Sequence record: MN850595.1
Strand: one strand, 5' to 3'
Origin: Escherichia phage naswa
DNA length: 64,000 nt
This document shows, one piece after another, positions 9,232 through 18,906 of the stretch (position 1 is its first letter; every line of letters starts with the position of its first letter). Both the position numbers and the translations under genes were made by a program. The notes beneath the pieces are model-generated. The model did no database searches and had not been told where the DNA came from. It saw nothing but the letters and a program-made list of their open reading frames with translations.

Positions 9232-10415
9232 TGTCAAGAAACGTATTCGAAAGTGGTCAAATCACTGTCCGTGAGTTGCCAGCTATTATTCAGTTTGCCC
9301 AACGTCATAGCCGATCTGTCCTAATTTTGGGACCAATGGGTGTGGGTAAAAGCCAGGTGATGAAGCAGATCGCTGATAATATGTTCGGTGAGCGAGATGA
9401 CAACCTTGTTGACGTGCGACTGTCAGATAAAGATCCTGCCGACTTATCTGGGCTACCTATCCCTGTAGAAGCGGATGGAACTACACGTACAGTGTTTGCA
9501 ATTCCAGAATTTTGGCCTGCGGATCCTGACTGGAGCGGAATTATCTTTCTGGATGAGCTCACTCATGCAGATAACTACCTGCAAAAGGTTGCAATGCAAA
9601 TTATGCTTGACCACAAGTGCGGCACCTATGCATTCCCTAAGGGTTCTGTTTTTGTGGCTGCGGGTAACCGTTCTACAGATGGTGCGGTTCTTTCGGCGCT
9701 CGAAGCCCCTCTGGCTAACCGTTTTATCATTGTAGAGGTTACAAGCAATGCAGAGGTGTTTATTGAGGACTACGCATTCCTCAACGGGGTTCACTCCTCT
9801 GTAATTGGGTATCTGAAAAGAGTTCCATCAGCTATTGATAATTATGAGGCTATGGCTGAGATTAATTGTCCATCTTTTGCCACACCACGATCTTGGGTTG
9901 CTGCATCTGACATCTTGCACGATTTTGACAGCGGTATTATTTCTGACGCTATGGCCCGTGTTCTTCTGCAAGGTGCTATTGGTCACACTGCAGCGGTAGA
10001 GATCTGGACATACCACACCAAGAAACGCAATTTACCGGAAATCGGTCGGATTATGGCAGGTGGCTGCAAAGAATACGTAGGCCCTAAGCAGCCAGACATT
10101 TTGTGGATTCTTGGATCTGAAGGTTGTATCGCTATTCGTAATATGATGGAAAATGCAAGTATCTCAGACGAAGATCTTGTCAGCTGCGTGGCAAACTTCC
10201 TCGATTTCCTTTGGGAAAACTTCAAGGACGAGAACCGAGATTTTGTATTCTCAGTCTTTATGGCGATGATGAAACCTAATGCCTTAGGAAATGCCTTGCT
10301 TATCGGTAAAGGGCGTGACAAGATTGTTGCTCAGCTGATCAAAGCATACCCAAACCTGATGAAGATTGTAAAAGAGTTTGGTGAAGAGTTTAGCGCCATT
10401 TTGGCTAAAGCTTAA
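9231..10415 (+). CDS. MoxR-like AAA+ ATPase
   Basis: Walker A 'GPMGVGKS', Walker B-like 'IIFLDEL', ~390 aa single AAA module. Confidence 0.65.
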   Translation: MSRNVFESGQITVRELPAIIQFAQRHSRSVLILGPMGVGKSQVMKQIADNMFGERDDNLVDVRLSDKDPADLSGLPIPVEADGTTRTVFAIPEFWPADPDWSGIIFLDELTHADNYLQKVAMQIMLDHKCGTYAFPKGSVFVAAGNRSTDGAVLSALEAPLANRFIIVEVTSNAEVFIEDYAFLNGVHSSVIGYLKRVPSAIDNYEAMAEINCPSFATPRSWVAASDILHDFDSGIISDAMARVLLQGAIGHTAAVEIWTYHTKKRNLPEIGRIMAGGCKEYVGPKQPDILWILGSEGCIAIRNMMENASISDEDLVSCVANFLDFLWENFKDENRDFVFSVFMAMMKPNALGNALLIGKGRDKIVAQLIKAYPNLMKIVKEFGEEFSAILAKA

Positions 10416-10425
10416 GGGGGGTTGT

Positions 10426-10806
10426 ATGGCTAAAGTAGGTAAGCGGGGAAACTACCTGGTGGTATTGACCGAGGAGCCGGAGAAGGAGTACGAATGCAGC
10501 TCCACTTGCGTGATCGATATCCGAGAAAAAGATGTAGATGAAATCTGGTTTAAAATATTGGACGCTTGCGATAGCAGTGATTATTTCTTCATTTATGTCA
10601 ACGATAAGGCTGGATTCTTCCATGACGACGGAGAGTTGCCGTATGAAATCTATGAACTTGTAGAGGCTTGCCATCGTGGAGATGCGGAGTTGTTTGGCCT
10701 ACGGCTGAAAAGCGGTAAATTCTTCTATCAAGATGAGTGCATGAATCTTCATAACTTTGTAGAGGGAACTTGCAACGATGGAGAGATTTTGGCACACTAC
10801 GATTAA
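10426..10806 (+). CDS. hypothetical protein
   Basis: Start moved to ATG 10426 behind AAGGGGGG SD (track start 10378 overlaps the ATPase gene). Confidence 0.45.
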   Translation: MAKVGKRGNYLVVLTEEPEKEYECSSTCVIDIREKDVDEIWFKILDACDSSDYFFIYVNDKAGFFHDDGELPYEIYELVEACHRGDAELFGLRLKSGKFFYQDECMNLHNFVEGTCNDGEILAHYD

Positions 10807-10817
10807 TTTCTAAGACC

Positions 10818-10845
10818 TCCCCCGCTTCGGCGGGGATTTTCTATT
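10818..10845 (+). terminator. rho-independent terminator
   Basis: CCCCGC-TTCG-GCGGGG hairpin followed by ATTTTCTATTT. Confidence 0.55.
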
Positions 10846-10855
10846 TGGAGTCATT

Positions 10856-11356
10856 GTGAAAATTAAGATCTTTGCTATTATTTTGAGCGCACTTTTATCG
10901 CTGCCTGTTGTTGCAGCACCAAAACAAAAAGTATATCATACTTGCAAGCCCTCAGATACTAAGGAAAACATTCTGGCATGCAATATCTACAGGGAGGCTA
11001 GAGGGGATGGCACGATGGGTATGCTGGCATCAGGGTTTGCCACACTAAACAGGAAATCTCACCCCAAATACCCAGACACTATAAGAAAGATTGTCTACCA
11101 ACCTAACCAGTTTTCGTGGACAAACCACGGCAAAACTTTTAAGGTGACAGAAAAAGATTCATGGGATCACGCTAAAAGTCTTGCAAAGATGCTTCTAAAG
11201 GTCTATAATAACAACCATGTTGCATACATGGCTATGGACATAACAGGTGGAGCAACACACTACCATACAACCAAAGTACGACCGAAATGGGCAAAAAAGA
11301 TGCAGAGGACAGCTCAATTCGGGAGTCATATCTACTACAAGGAGCGCAATAAATGA
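10856..11356 (+). CDS. secreted SleB/CwlJ-like cell-wall hydrolase
   Basis: N-terminal signal-peptide-like segment; 'NIYREARGDG' and 'IVYQPNQFSW' resemble Hydrolase_2 signatures. Confidence 0.5.
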   Translation: MKIKIFAIILSALLSLPVVAAPKQKVYHTCKPSDTKENILACNIYREARGDGTMGMLASGFATLNRKSHPKYPDTIRKIVYQPNQFSWTNHGKTFKVTEKDSWDHAKSLAKMLLKVYNNNHVAYMAMDITGGATHYHTTKVRPKWAKKMQRTAQFGSHIYYKERNK

Positions 11357-13335
11357 TTGTAAACAGTAATGAAACTAAAGCAGTACTAACCGGAAATATG
11401 GAGGTCACCAGGGGCTCAATTTCTCTGAACAAAGAGACTTTTGGGCTAATCATTAAAGGGATTTACGAAGATAAGGTGCTGGCAAGCTGCCGTGAACCAA
11501 TCTTCAATGCTGTGGACTCCCATGTTGAGTCTGGACGGGGTGATGTACCGATCATCATTCACTCTCCTACAGACCTTGAACCATACTTCTTTGTGCAGGA
11601 CGTTGGATTGGGCATGTCGGAAGAGATGGTCCGCAACACTTTCATGAACCTCGGGGAGTCAACCAAGCGCAACAGCAACGCTCTGGTAGGTAATAAAGGT
11701 GTAGGTTCAAAGGCCCCGTTCAGCATGGTGGACACTTTCGATGTGATCAGTGTGCACAACGGTGTTGAAAGCACATATCTGTTGTTCTTGGATCAGGGTA
11801 TCCCAAACGTTACCAAGATCCGCGAGCGAAAGACTGAAGAGCACAACGGGGTAAAAGTTCAGTTCCATGTTAAGAAAGAGCATGTTCTGAAATATCGCAC
11901 TGCTATTGCGTCATGCCTACGCTATGCAAAGTTTCCGTTTACCGTTACCGACCCTATGACCAGTAAGATGCTGGAAGGTGACAAGGTTGAGGCGCAGTAT
12001 CGCTACGAGAAAGATGGTTGGAAAATGACTATCCTGAAAGGTTATACCAGCTCTGATGAGAGCCGTGTGGTGATGGGACACCAACCTTACCGCTCTAAGT
12101 TTCTGGAAACATTGACAGACTACCCTGCAATCTGTGTAGAGATCCCTATCGGGGATTGCAATATTAACCCTGGGCGCGAATGGACCATAGAGGGGCACGA
12201 CGATGGTGGATTCCAGGATCGCCTGGAGGCCTTTGTCAAAGAAGGTATACGTCTTCGTGGGGCAGAAGTTGTTGCGGAATTGGAGACAGCAAAAACATCC
12301 TCAGAAGCACGTGAGATGATGAAGAACAGTGGAGTGTTCGGACACATCTTCGGCAAAAACTTTATGTGGAACCGTTGGGAAGAAACAGGGCTTGGCGACT
12401 TAGGCGATTGTGAAATTTTCGCTGGCGGCTTAAATAAAGGCCGCATAGGCTATGCTCGTTACGGAAAGTCGGAGTTCTTACGAGGTGTATACCTTGTATT
12501 TAACGACGGAGACGGCAAATATAACCGAAATAAGTGTAACTACTTAAGCGAGATCACCGGACGCAACGTTTTCTATTGCCGTAACACGGATCTGATGGAA
12601 GAGTTTAAAGAAGCGGCACACCACCCGTTCTTTGCAGATACGGTCAAATTGTTATCAGAGCTCCCTCGCCGTCCTGTAAAGAAAGGTGAAACAAAAACTC
12701 ACTATGAGCCAGGGTATTGGGTTAAAAAACTTGAGAAAGATGGTTACTTCCGTCGTGAGCGTATTACTAAGGCAGAGTTCAAGAAGATTAAGCACTGCAT
12801 TCCTTATGAGGGTGATATCCAACGTGGAAGTTGTTGGCTGGGACAGCTAAGTAACATCTACCAGCAAAATTATGACCGTGTGCGTGCGGCACTCCAGATT
12901 CCTGAAGGGGAAGATCTGTACCTGGTATCAGAATCTCGTCTGCTTTGGACTGATCCTGATTGCCAGTATGTTACAGAGAAAAATGTGGAACATTTGTTGA
13001 AAGAGGACGCCTGGAAATTCTTACTGACTCGCGCAGCAAATGAAACTTCATATGACAGCCTGTATAGACAATTAGGGAAAATTATCCCCATGCAAGATTT
13101 TGGAAATTATCGGCCACATTTCCACAAGTGGGAAGGTAACACCGCGTGGAAGCACAGTGAGCTAAATCATCGTGCCAAAATCTTAATCGCCAACCGAGTC
13201 AAGTGCGGGAAGGCCTATATTGCAAGATTGGAAAAGAAATATCCACTTTTGAAGCATGTGGGCTTGAAATATTGGGACACTCCTGCTATGATTGAATACC
13301 GTGAACTGATCGACGCAAAGAATAACACCAAATAA
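11353..13335 (+). CDS. rIIA: rIIA-like protein with GHKL (Bergerat-fold) ATPase domain
   Basis: N-box 'EPIFNAVD', G1 'DVGLG', G2 'GNKGVG' within first 130 aa; 660 aa; followed by an rIIB-sized gene. Confidence 0.55.
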   Translation: MIVNSNETKAVLTGNMEVTRGSISLNKETFGLIIKGIYEDKVLASCREPIFNAVDSHVESGRGDVPIIIHSPTDLEPYFFVQDVGLGMSEEMVRNTFMNLGESTKRNSNALVGNKGVGSKAPFSMVDTFDVISVHNGVESTYLLFLDQGIPNVTKIRERKTEEHNGVKVQFHVKKEHVLKYRTAIASCLRYAKFPFTVTDPMTSKMLEGDKVEAQYRYEKDGWKMTILKGYTSSDESRVVMGHQPYRSKFLETLTDYPAICVEIPIGDCNINPGREWTIEGHDDGGFQDRLEAFVKEGIRLRGAEVVAELETAKTSSEAREMMKNSGVFGHIFGKNFMWNRWEETGLGDLGDCEIFAGGLNKGRIGYARYGKSEFLRGVYLVFNDGDGKYNRNKCNYLSEITGRNVFYCRNTDLMEEFKEAAHHPFFADTVKLLSELPRRPVKKGETKTHYEPGYWVKKLEKDGYFRRERITKAEFKKIKHCIPYEGDIQRGSCWLGQLSNIYQQNYDRVRAALQIPEGEDLYLVSESRLLWTDPDCQYVTEKNVEHLLKEDAWKFLLTRAANETSYDSLYRQLGKIIPMQDFGNYRPHFHKWEGNTAWKHSELNHRAKILIANRVKCGKAYIARLEKKYPLLKHVGLKYWDTPAMIEYRELIDAKNNTK

Positions 13336-13345
13336 GGAGACAGCT

Positions 13346-14551
13346 ATGATTTTCATCTACGAACATTTCAAAACTCGTAAAGAAGCACGCGACCGCCGTG
13401 CAGAACTTGAGAAGAAGGGTTTCACATGTGCTATTGAGAAAGGTACTACAACATGGACACTGGCAGTAGGTGCCCCAGAGCTGTTTGATCCTGACCGAGA
13501 CAGTGTCTGCTATACCCGTGAGGATTTTGAAACCCGCGAAGAGGCCCGTTTATTCCGCTACGGACTGGAAGACAACGGTAAGTACGCCATGATCTTAGAT
13601 TCAGGTGAAGGTTCCGTTAAACGTTGGGGCGTGGTATACCCACTGTGTGTTGTTCACGGTGTGGGGGTCACTGGGGTAGCAATCAAGTCAGAAGAACCTT
13701 TAGTAGAAGTCAAAGATCCGGTGCTGGAAGTGGTGAGCAGTGTGTCTCAGCAACAGTCTCGAAGCATCGAGCCTTTGGTAGTTATTTGCGGGGAACTCCT
13801 CCAGATCACCTGCAACGAAGGCATTTTTGAAATTCGCCGCAGCGAAAGTGAGGAAGTTTACCAGAAAGTCTTCGACCATATTTCTGTTCAGGAATATGAT
13901 GAGGCAATTGGTGAAATCCTTGTCTGGCTGGAACGCAAGAATGAGTTCACCACACTTGCAGACAACCTGATCATGAAAGATGGTAAGCTCTACTACTACG
14001 GTGTAGAGATGCGATCCACCATTGCAAAGAAAATTGAGGAAGATTATGTAGATGGAACACTGGACGACCGATATGTTAAATTCCTTGTCCGTCTGCTACG
14101 CAACCCGTCTGCAAAATCTGTGAACATGCTCTACGATTTCATGCAGGCTAATGACATCCAGGTTGCAGAAGATGGTCGAATCATTTGCTATAAGGGGGTT
14201 CAGTTTAACGGGAGCAGGTGGGTGGATTGGCACAGCGGTAAAGTTCCACAATACCAGGGTGCTTTTGTGTCCATGCCTCGTAACTTTGTAGAAGATGATC
14301 CGGAAGCTGCGTGTTCTTATGGCCTGCACTGCGCCAGCAAAGAGTATGCAGCGGGCTATGGCACTGTAATGATGGTTATGGTTGACCCTGCGGATGTGGT
14401 TAGTGTGCCATACCAACACAACAGTGCTAAGTGCCGTGCATGCCGCTACGAAATAGTAGCAGCACCGGAATCACGCAAAGATGGCGATCCGATTGAATAC
14501 GTAGTTGACCGTGATGGTAACATCATCGACATTATCTACGAGGAGGCGTAA
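13346..14551 (+). CDS. rIIB-like protein (by position only)
   Basis: 401 aa directly downstream of the rIIA-like gene; internal ~45-aa duplicated module near N-terminus; no motif verified. Confidence 0.35.
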   Translation: MIFIYEHFKTRKEARDRRAELEKKGFTCAIEKGTTTWTLAVGAPELFDPDRDSVCYTREDFETREEARLFRYGLEDNGKYAMILDSGEGSVKRWGVVYPLCVVHGVGVTGVAIKSEEPLVEVKDPVLEVVSSVSQQQSRSIEPLVVICGELLQITCNEGIFEIRRSESEEVYQKVFDHISVQEYDEAIGEILVWLERKNEFTTLADNLIMKDGKLYYYGVEMRSTIAKKIEEDYVDGTLDDRYVKFLVRLLRNPSAKSVNMLYDFMQANDIQVAEDGRIICYKGVQFNGSRWVDWHSGKVPQYQGAFVSMPRNFVEDDPEAACSYGLHCASKEYAAGYGTVMMVMVDPADVVSVPYQHNSAKCRACRYEIVAAPESRKDGDPIEYVVDRDGNIIDIIYEEA

Positions 14552-15921
14552 TGGAAAAAGGGCAGTATGACGTAGGCACAGATGCTGCCCTCATTGCAAT
14601 CATGAGTGGTGAGAATGTCTTCGTTTCAGGACCTGCAGGTTGTGGGAAGACGTATCTCATCAACATGATCCAGTCAATGTATGGAGACTCTTGCATAACG
14701 GTTGCCCCGACAGGGGTAGCCGCTTTAAACGTTAATGGAGCAACAGCACACCGAACATTCGATCTTGCAGCAGGTGTGAGCATGGAGTCGGACTGGACCG
14801 CAATAAGGGCAAAAACAGCAAAGCCTTTGAAAAGCAAGGCATTTACCATCCTAATTATCGATGAAATCTCTATGATCCGTGCTGATAAGTTTATAGAGAT
14901 GGATAGGAAACTCCGCTTCCTTCGAAAAAATGACAAACCTTTCGGAGGCATACAGGTCATATTGTTTGGCGATTTTTACCAGGCACCTCCTGTTGTCTCT
15001 TCTATGGAGAAGGAAGCCTACTTCAACTTCTACCATACGGACCTGTGTTGCTACACCGAATCTTGGAAAGAGCTTGACCTCCACAACATAGCCCTAATAG
15101 ATCAGTTCCGACAGGAGTCTATTCGATTTGCCACAATGCTTAACTGTGTTCGTGAGGGTCGTCGCATAAAAGAGGTTGTAGCAGAACTTAATGCTCGCTG
15201 TTACAAAGGTGGTGTACCAACAGATGCTCTCACAATTTGCGCCACCAACAAACAAGCAGAGGAAGTAAACAGAAGGTTCTATGATGCCATCAACGCCCCA
15301 GAGAAGGTATACACTGGTGAAATGAAGGGTAAGTTTCCCTCCACCCTGCCAGTTGAGCAGGAGATGAAGTTGAAAATTGGCATGAAAGTTATGATAACCG
15401 CCAACGATGTTGACCCGACGCACAAAGTACCTTATTATGTTAACGGAACACGTGCCACAATTGTTAAATTTAAGAACAAGGCGGTGGTGGTAGAGCTTGA
15501 AGATGGAACACAGGTTGACATAGAGCAGAGGTTGTGGGAGAATAACGAGTATAAGCCCTCTCAGAGATACAACATTGCAGAAAGGAAGATGGAGAAGTTT
15601 ATAGAGAGGGTAGTGATTGGGTCATACAAGCAACTTCCTCTGAAATCTGGGTACGCCGTAACATCTCATAAAAGTCAAGGACTTACGCTAGATTGTTACA
15701 ACCTAGACCTTGGAAAGAACGGAGCTTTCTCTCCTGGGATGACGTATGTCGCTTTGAGTAGAGTTAAGACAATACAAGGAATAAACTTGTTGCGTCCCCT
15801 AAGAGAAGTTGACATTATTGTTGACCCGCGAGTAGTAGAGTTTTACAATACAACATTCCCTGACTTAGACAAAATTGTCAGGAAAGATTTTGAAACCAGA
15901 GCAGAAGAGGGGGACGTATGA
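14551..15921 (+). CDS. SF1B DNA helicase (Dda/RecD/Pif1-like)
   Basis: Walker A 'GPAGCGKT', motif II 'IIDEISM', C-terminal 'VTSHKSQG' and 'YVALSRV' signatures. Confidence 0.8.
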   Translation: MEKGQYDVGTDAALIAIMSGENVFVSGPAGCGKTYLINMIQSMYGDSCITVAPTGVAALNVNGATAHRTFDLAAGVSMESDWTAIRAKTAKPLKSKAFTILIIDEISMIRADKFIEMDRKLRFLRKNDKPFGGIQVILFGDFYQAPPVVSSMEKEAYFNFYHTDLCCYTESWKELDLHNIALIDQFRQESIRFATMLNCVREGRRIKEVVAELNARCYKGGVPTDALTICATNKQAEEVNRRFYDAINAPEKVYTGEMKGKFPSTLPVEQEMKLKIGMKVMITANDVDPTHKVPYYVNGTRATIVKFKNKAVVVELEDGTQVDIEQRLWENNEYKPSQRYNIAERKMEKFIERVVIGSYKQLPLKSGYAVTSHKSQGLTLDCYNLDLGKNGAFSPGMTYVALSRVKTIQGINLLRPLREVDIIVDPRVVEFYNTTFPDLDKIVRKDFETRAEEGDV

Positions 15922-16259
15922 GTTTGTGGAGAAATATCGTTAACTACGTGTGTGGCAATCCGACTCCTGAAGAGAAGGATGTTGTGATTCACGATTTTAC
16001 TAAAAGATCTCGTGAAAAAGATCTACTGCTAACAAAGGTGACTGATAAAGATCCTGCAGTAGGGGACTGGGCAGGTTTTGCGTTTACATCGGACAAATAC
16101 ACCTTTAACAAAGGTGACTACCTTGTTGTGGATTTTAACGAAGACATTGAGGGTGCTGAACCTTACTATCAAACCCTTATTGTTGCAGGGTGTGTTAATC
16201 TCTCTGCAGGTATGCACAGTTTGATTCTTTTTGAGCTTGACTCTGAAGACCTTGAGTAG
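15918..16259 (+). CDS. hypothetical protein
   Basis: Track ORF 113 aa; ATGA overlap with helicase stop. Confidence 0.45.
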   Translation: MSLWRNIVNYVCGNPTPEEKDVVIHDFTKRSREKDLLLTKVTDKDPAVGDWAGFAFTSDKYTFNKGDYLVVDFNEDIEGAEPYYQTLIVAGCVNLSAGMHSLILFELDSEDLE

Positions 16260-16320
16260 TAAGATGTGAGTATAAAGGGGAGGCACTCCTCCCCACAAAA
16301 ACTAAGGAGAGCACCAAACG

Positions 16321-17646
16321 ATGAGTAAAACCAAATTAGAACTAACCTGGATAGGTAAAAACGAGCGCAAAAAGTTAGAGCCGCACATTTTGTTAGAAGA
16401 TTCTAGCAAGTCTTACCACAGCCAGAAAGTGACCGAAAACGATATTTTTGATAATAAACTGATTTTTGGAGATAACTTATTAGCATTGAAGGCGCTAGAG
16501 CAAGAGTATGCAGGCAAAGTGAAGTGTGTTTACATAGACCCGCCATTCAATACCGGGAGGGCTTTTGAGCACTACGATGATAGCCTGGAGCATTCCATTT
16601 GGCTGGGCTTAATGAGGGATAGGTTAGAAATAATTCGTAATCTTCTAAGTGATGATGGGGTAATATTCGTTCACTTAGATGATTGCGAAATGGCGTATTT
16701 AAAAGTTTTGATGGACGAGATTTTTGGTCGTGCAAATCAGTTAAATACCATATCGATGACCACAAATTCCCCTTCGGGATTTAAGGCAACAGGAGCCACA
16801 GTTTTCTCCACAGCAAACTTTTTGCTTGTATATGCAAAAGATCGCACCCAGAAACCGCTTAATAAAATCTATATACCTAAAGGGTACGATACAGGATATA
16901 ACAAATACCTATTAAACCCGGATGACCATTATAAAAATTGGACGTGGTGCAGTATTGCCGATGCGTTTGCAAAGGCCAATGGCTATAAGGATGCAAAAGA
17001 AGCCAAGAAAAAACTGCCTGACACATTCGATGATGAATTAGCACAATTCGCAATTGATAATGCAGAACGTGTATTTCAATCTGTTGCAATTGGTGGTGGT
17101 GCTAAAATAAAGAGAAAAGAAACTATCGAGAAGTCAAAGAAAGATAGGGATAAGGTTTATGTACATCCAAATGAGGATGTTGAAGGATTTTATATCGCAA
17201 ATGGTAGGCAAATGGTCTTTTACTCCAATAGGCTTTTGGAAATTGACGGTGAGATGCAACCTGCGGAACTAATAACTGATGTTTGGACAGACATTAGTTG
17301 GAATGGAATAGCAAATGAAGGCGGCGTTAGTTTCAAAAATGGGAAAAAACCAGAAGCGCTTTTGAAGCGGATTTTCGAAATGTGTACGCGAGAAGGCGAT
17401 TTGGTATTGGATTCATTCGGTGGTTCGGGAACTACTGCTGCTGTAGCTCACAAGATGAAAAGACGTTGGATCTCAATCGAGCTAGGTGATCATTGTCATA
17501 CCCATATTATTCCGCGCTTGGAAAAAGTGATCGATGGCGAAGATCAAGGTGGTATTTCTAAGTCTGTAAGCTGGCAAGGTGGTGGTGGCTTCCGTTATTA
17601 CAAACTCACCCCGGCCTTAGTTGCGAAAGATAAGTCTGATCAATAA
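16321..17646 (+). CDS. DNA methyltransferase, beta-class amino-MTase (N6-adenine or N4-cytosine)
   Basis: Catalytic 'DPPF' motif precedes SAM-binding 'FGGSGTT' (motif IV before I). Confidence 0.75.
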   Translation: MSKTKLELTWIGKNERKKLEPHILLEDSSKSYHSQKVTENDIFDNKLIFGDNLLALKALEQEYAGKVKCVYIDPPFNTGRAFEHYDDSLEHSIWLGLMRDRLEIIRNLLSDDGVIFVHLDDCEMAYLKVLMDEIFGRANQLNTISMTTNSPSGFKATGATVFSTANFLLVYAKDRTQKPLNKIYIPKGYDTGYNKYLLNPDDHYKNWTWCSIADAFAKANGYKDAKEAKKKLPDTFDDELAQFAIDNAERVFQSVAIGGGAKIKRKETIEKSKKDRDKVYVHPNEDVEGFYIANGRQMVFYSNRLLEIDGEMQPAELITDVWTDISWNGIANEGGVSFKNGKKPEALLKRIFEMCTREGDLVLDSFGGSGTTAAVAHKMKRRWISIELGDHCHTHIIPRLEKVIDGEDQGGISKSVSWQGGGGFRYYKLTPALVAKDKSDQ

Positions 17647-17659
17647 AGAGTACAATCAA

Positions 17660-17965
17660 ATGATGAAACGTTATAAACCATACACTTTTGAAATCGATTT
17701 CGAACTTGACGATATGTTCACTGTGGAAGCTCAGGCAGTTGTCCAGTTGCCAGACCCAGAGTGTCGTGATTCTGATGTTGACTATTATGGATTTAGACAG
17801 ATCACTGATGTGCATGTTTACCACAACGGTGAAGAGGTGGACTTCCACCAATTGCCAAACGATATGCGCCACTCAATTTACAAACGTGCAGCCCGTGAAC
17901 TAGAGTCCTATCTGGATGCAGCGACGACAGCAGCTGCATTTGCTGAAGAAGTGGGAGGTTTCTGA
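17660..17965 (+). CDS. hypothetical protein
   Basis: Track ORF with start moved to first ATG downstream of the MTase stop. Confidence 0.4.
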   Translation: MMKRYKPYTFEIDFELDDMFTVEAQAVVQLPDPECRDSDVDYYGFRQITDVHVYHNGEEVDFHQLPNDMRHSIYKRAARELESYLDAATTAAAFAEEVGGF

Positions 17966-18360
17966 TGATTACAGGTGTGAAGATTATCCAATACCACTTA
18001 ACCAAATTGGAAGATGCTGAAAAAGAGCTTGCAGAAGTTCTAAATAGTGGATATACTTTGCTATCATGCGCCTGCTCAGACACCTACGCTGTGTGGACAC
18101 TTATCCGGAAGGAGGAGCCTGCAGGGATCTTGGTGCCAAACCCTAAGATTATCAGTGAAGTGGATGACTGCTCTCAGGACGGCCTGTCAGAAGACTGGGA
18201 AGCATGGGAAGGTGGTGAAAACCCTGCACCAGGTAAGTGGGTAAAATACAAACTACGTAGCGGTGCACAGCACGCTGGATACTCTGATAACCTGGACTGG
18301 AGTCATTCTTCACCGGAATCATTGGTAAGTGCATATGATATCGTTGCTTTTCAGGAATAA
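17965..18360 (+). CDS. hypothetical protein
   Basis: Track ORF 131 aa; ATGA overlap. Confidence 0.45.
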   Translation: MITGVKIIQYHLTKLEDAEKELAEVLNSGYTLLSCACSDTYAVWTLIRKEEPAGILVPNPKIISEVDDCSQDGLSEDWEAWEGGENPAPGKWVKYKLRSGAQHAGYSDNLDWSHSSPESLVSAYDIVAFQE

Positions 18361-18372
18361 GGAGAGAGTGTT

Positions 18373-18855
18373 ATGTCAGATTTTATGTGGAAAGTAGGTT
18401 ATGCCTCTCCTGAAATGTGCGAGGCTTGCTTTGTAAAAATAGGCCGCGAGGATATTGACAAAGTGATCTTTAAGTTTCGTGATGTATCTGTGATCGGCAA
18501 CCGAGTGCTTAAGCACTTAAAGAATCTGAAGCTCACCAAAAAGAAGTTCTTCGGACTTTTCGAAGAGAAAGTTGATGCTTGGACCCATTGCATTCAGGAA
18601 GCTAAATCTCACTACAGTGCTATCGTTACCCCAGAACGGGTAGCCAAGATGGAAGGATTCATCAACAGCACAGAGTTTGAGTGCCTAAAGGCTGCCCTTA
18701 ATAGTTATCCAAAGTGCCTCAAACACCTTGACAAGTATGTAGAAAAGGATGGGGAAATGTATCTCACCCTGGACGCATATTATGAGATGCAAGAAATTTT
18801 AAATTTAGATTTGACATTGGTATCCACCGAGTATACAATAGGTATCCGGGTTTAA
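18373..18855 (+). CDS. hypothetical protein
   Basis: Track ORF 160 aa; AGGAGAGAG SD upstream. Confidence 0.5.
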   Translation: MSDFMWKVGYASPEMCEACFVKIGREDIDKVIFKFRDVSVIGNRVLKHLKNLKLTKKKFFGLFEEKVDAWTHCIQEAKSHYSAIVTPERVAKMEGFINSTEFECLKAALNSYPKCLKHLDKYVEKDGEMYLTLDAYYEMQEILNLDLTLVSTEYTIGIRV

Positions 18856-18861
18856 CACTAG

Positions 18862-18888
18862 GCCCTGCCCGAAAGGGTGGGGCTTTTT
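18862..18888 (+). terminator. rho-independent terminator
   Basis: GCCCTGCCC-GAAA-GGGTGGGGC hairpin (G-U pairs) then TTTTT; same hairpin at 29008. Confidence 0.6.
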
Positions 18889-18906
18889 GCATTAGGAGAC
18901 AGCAAA

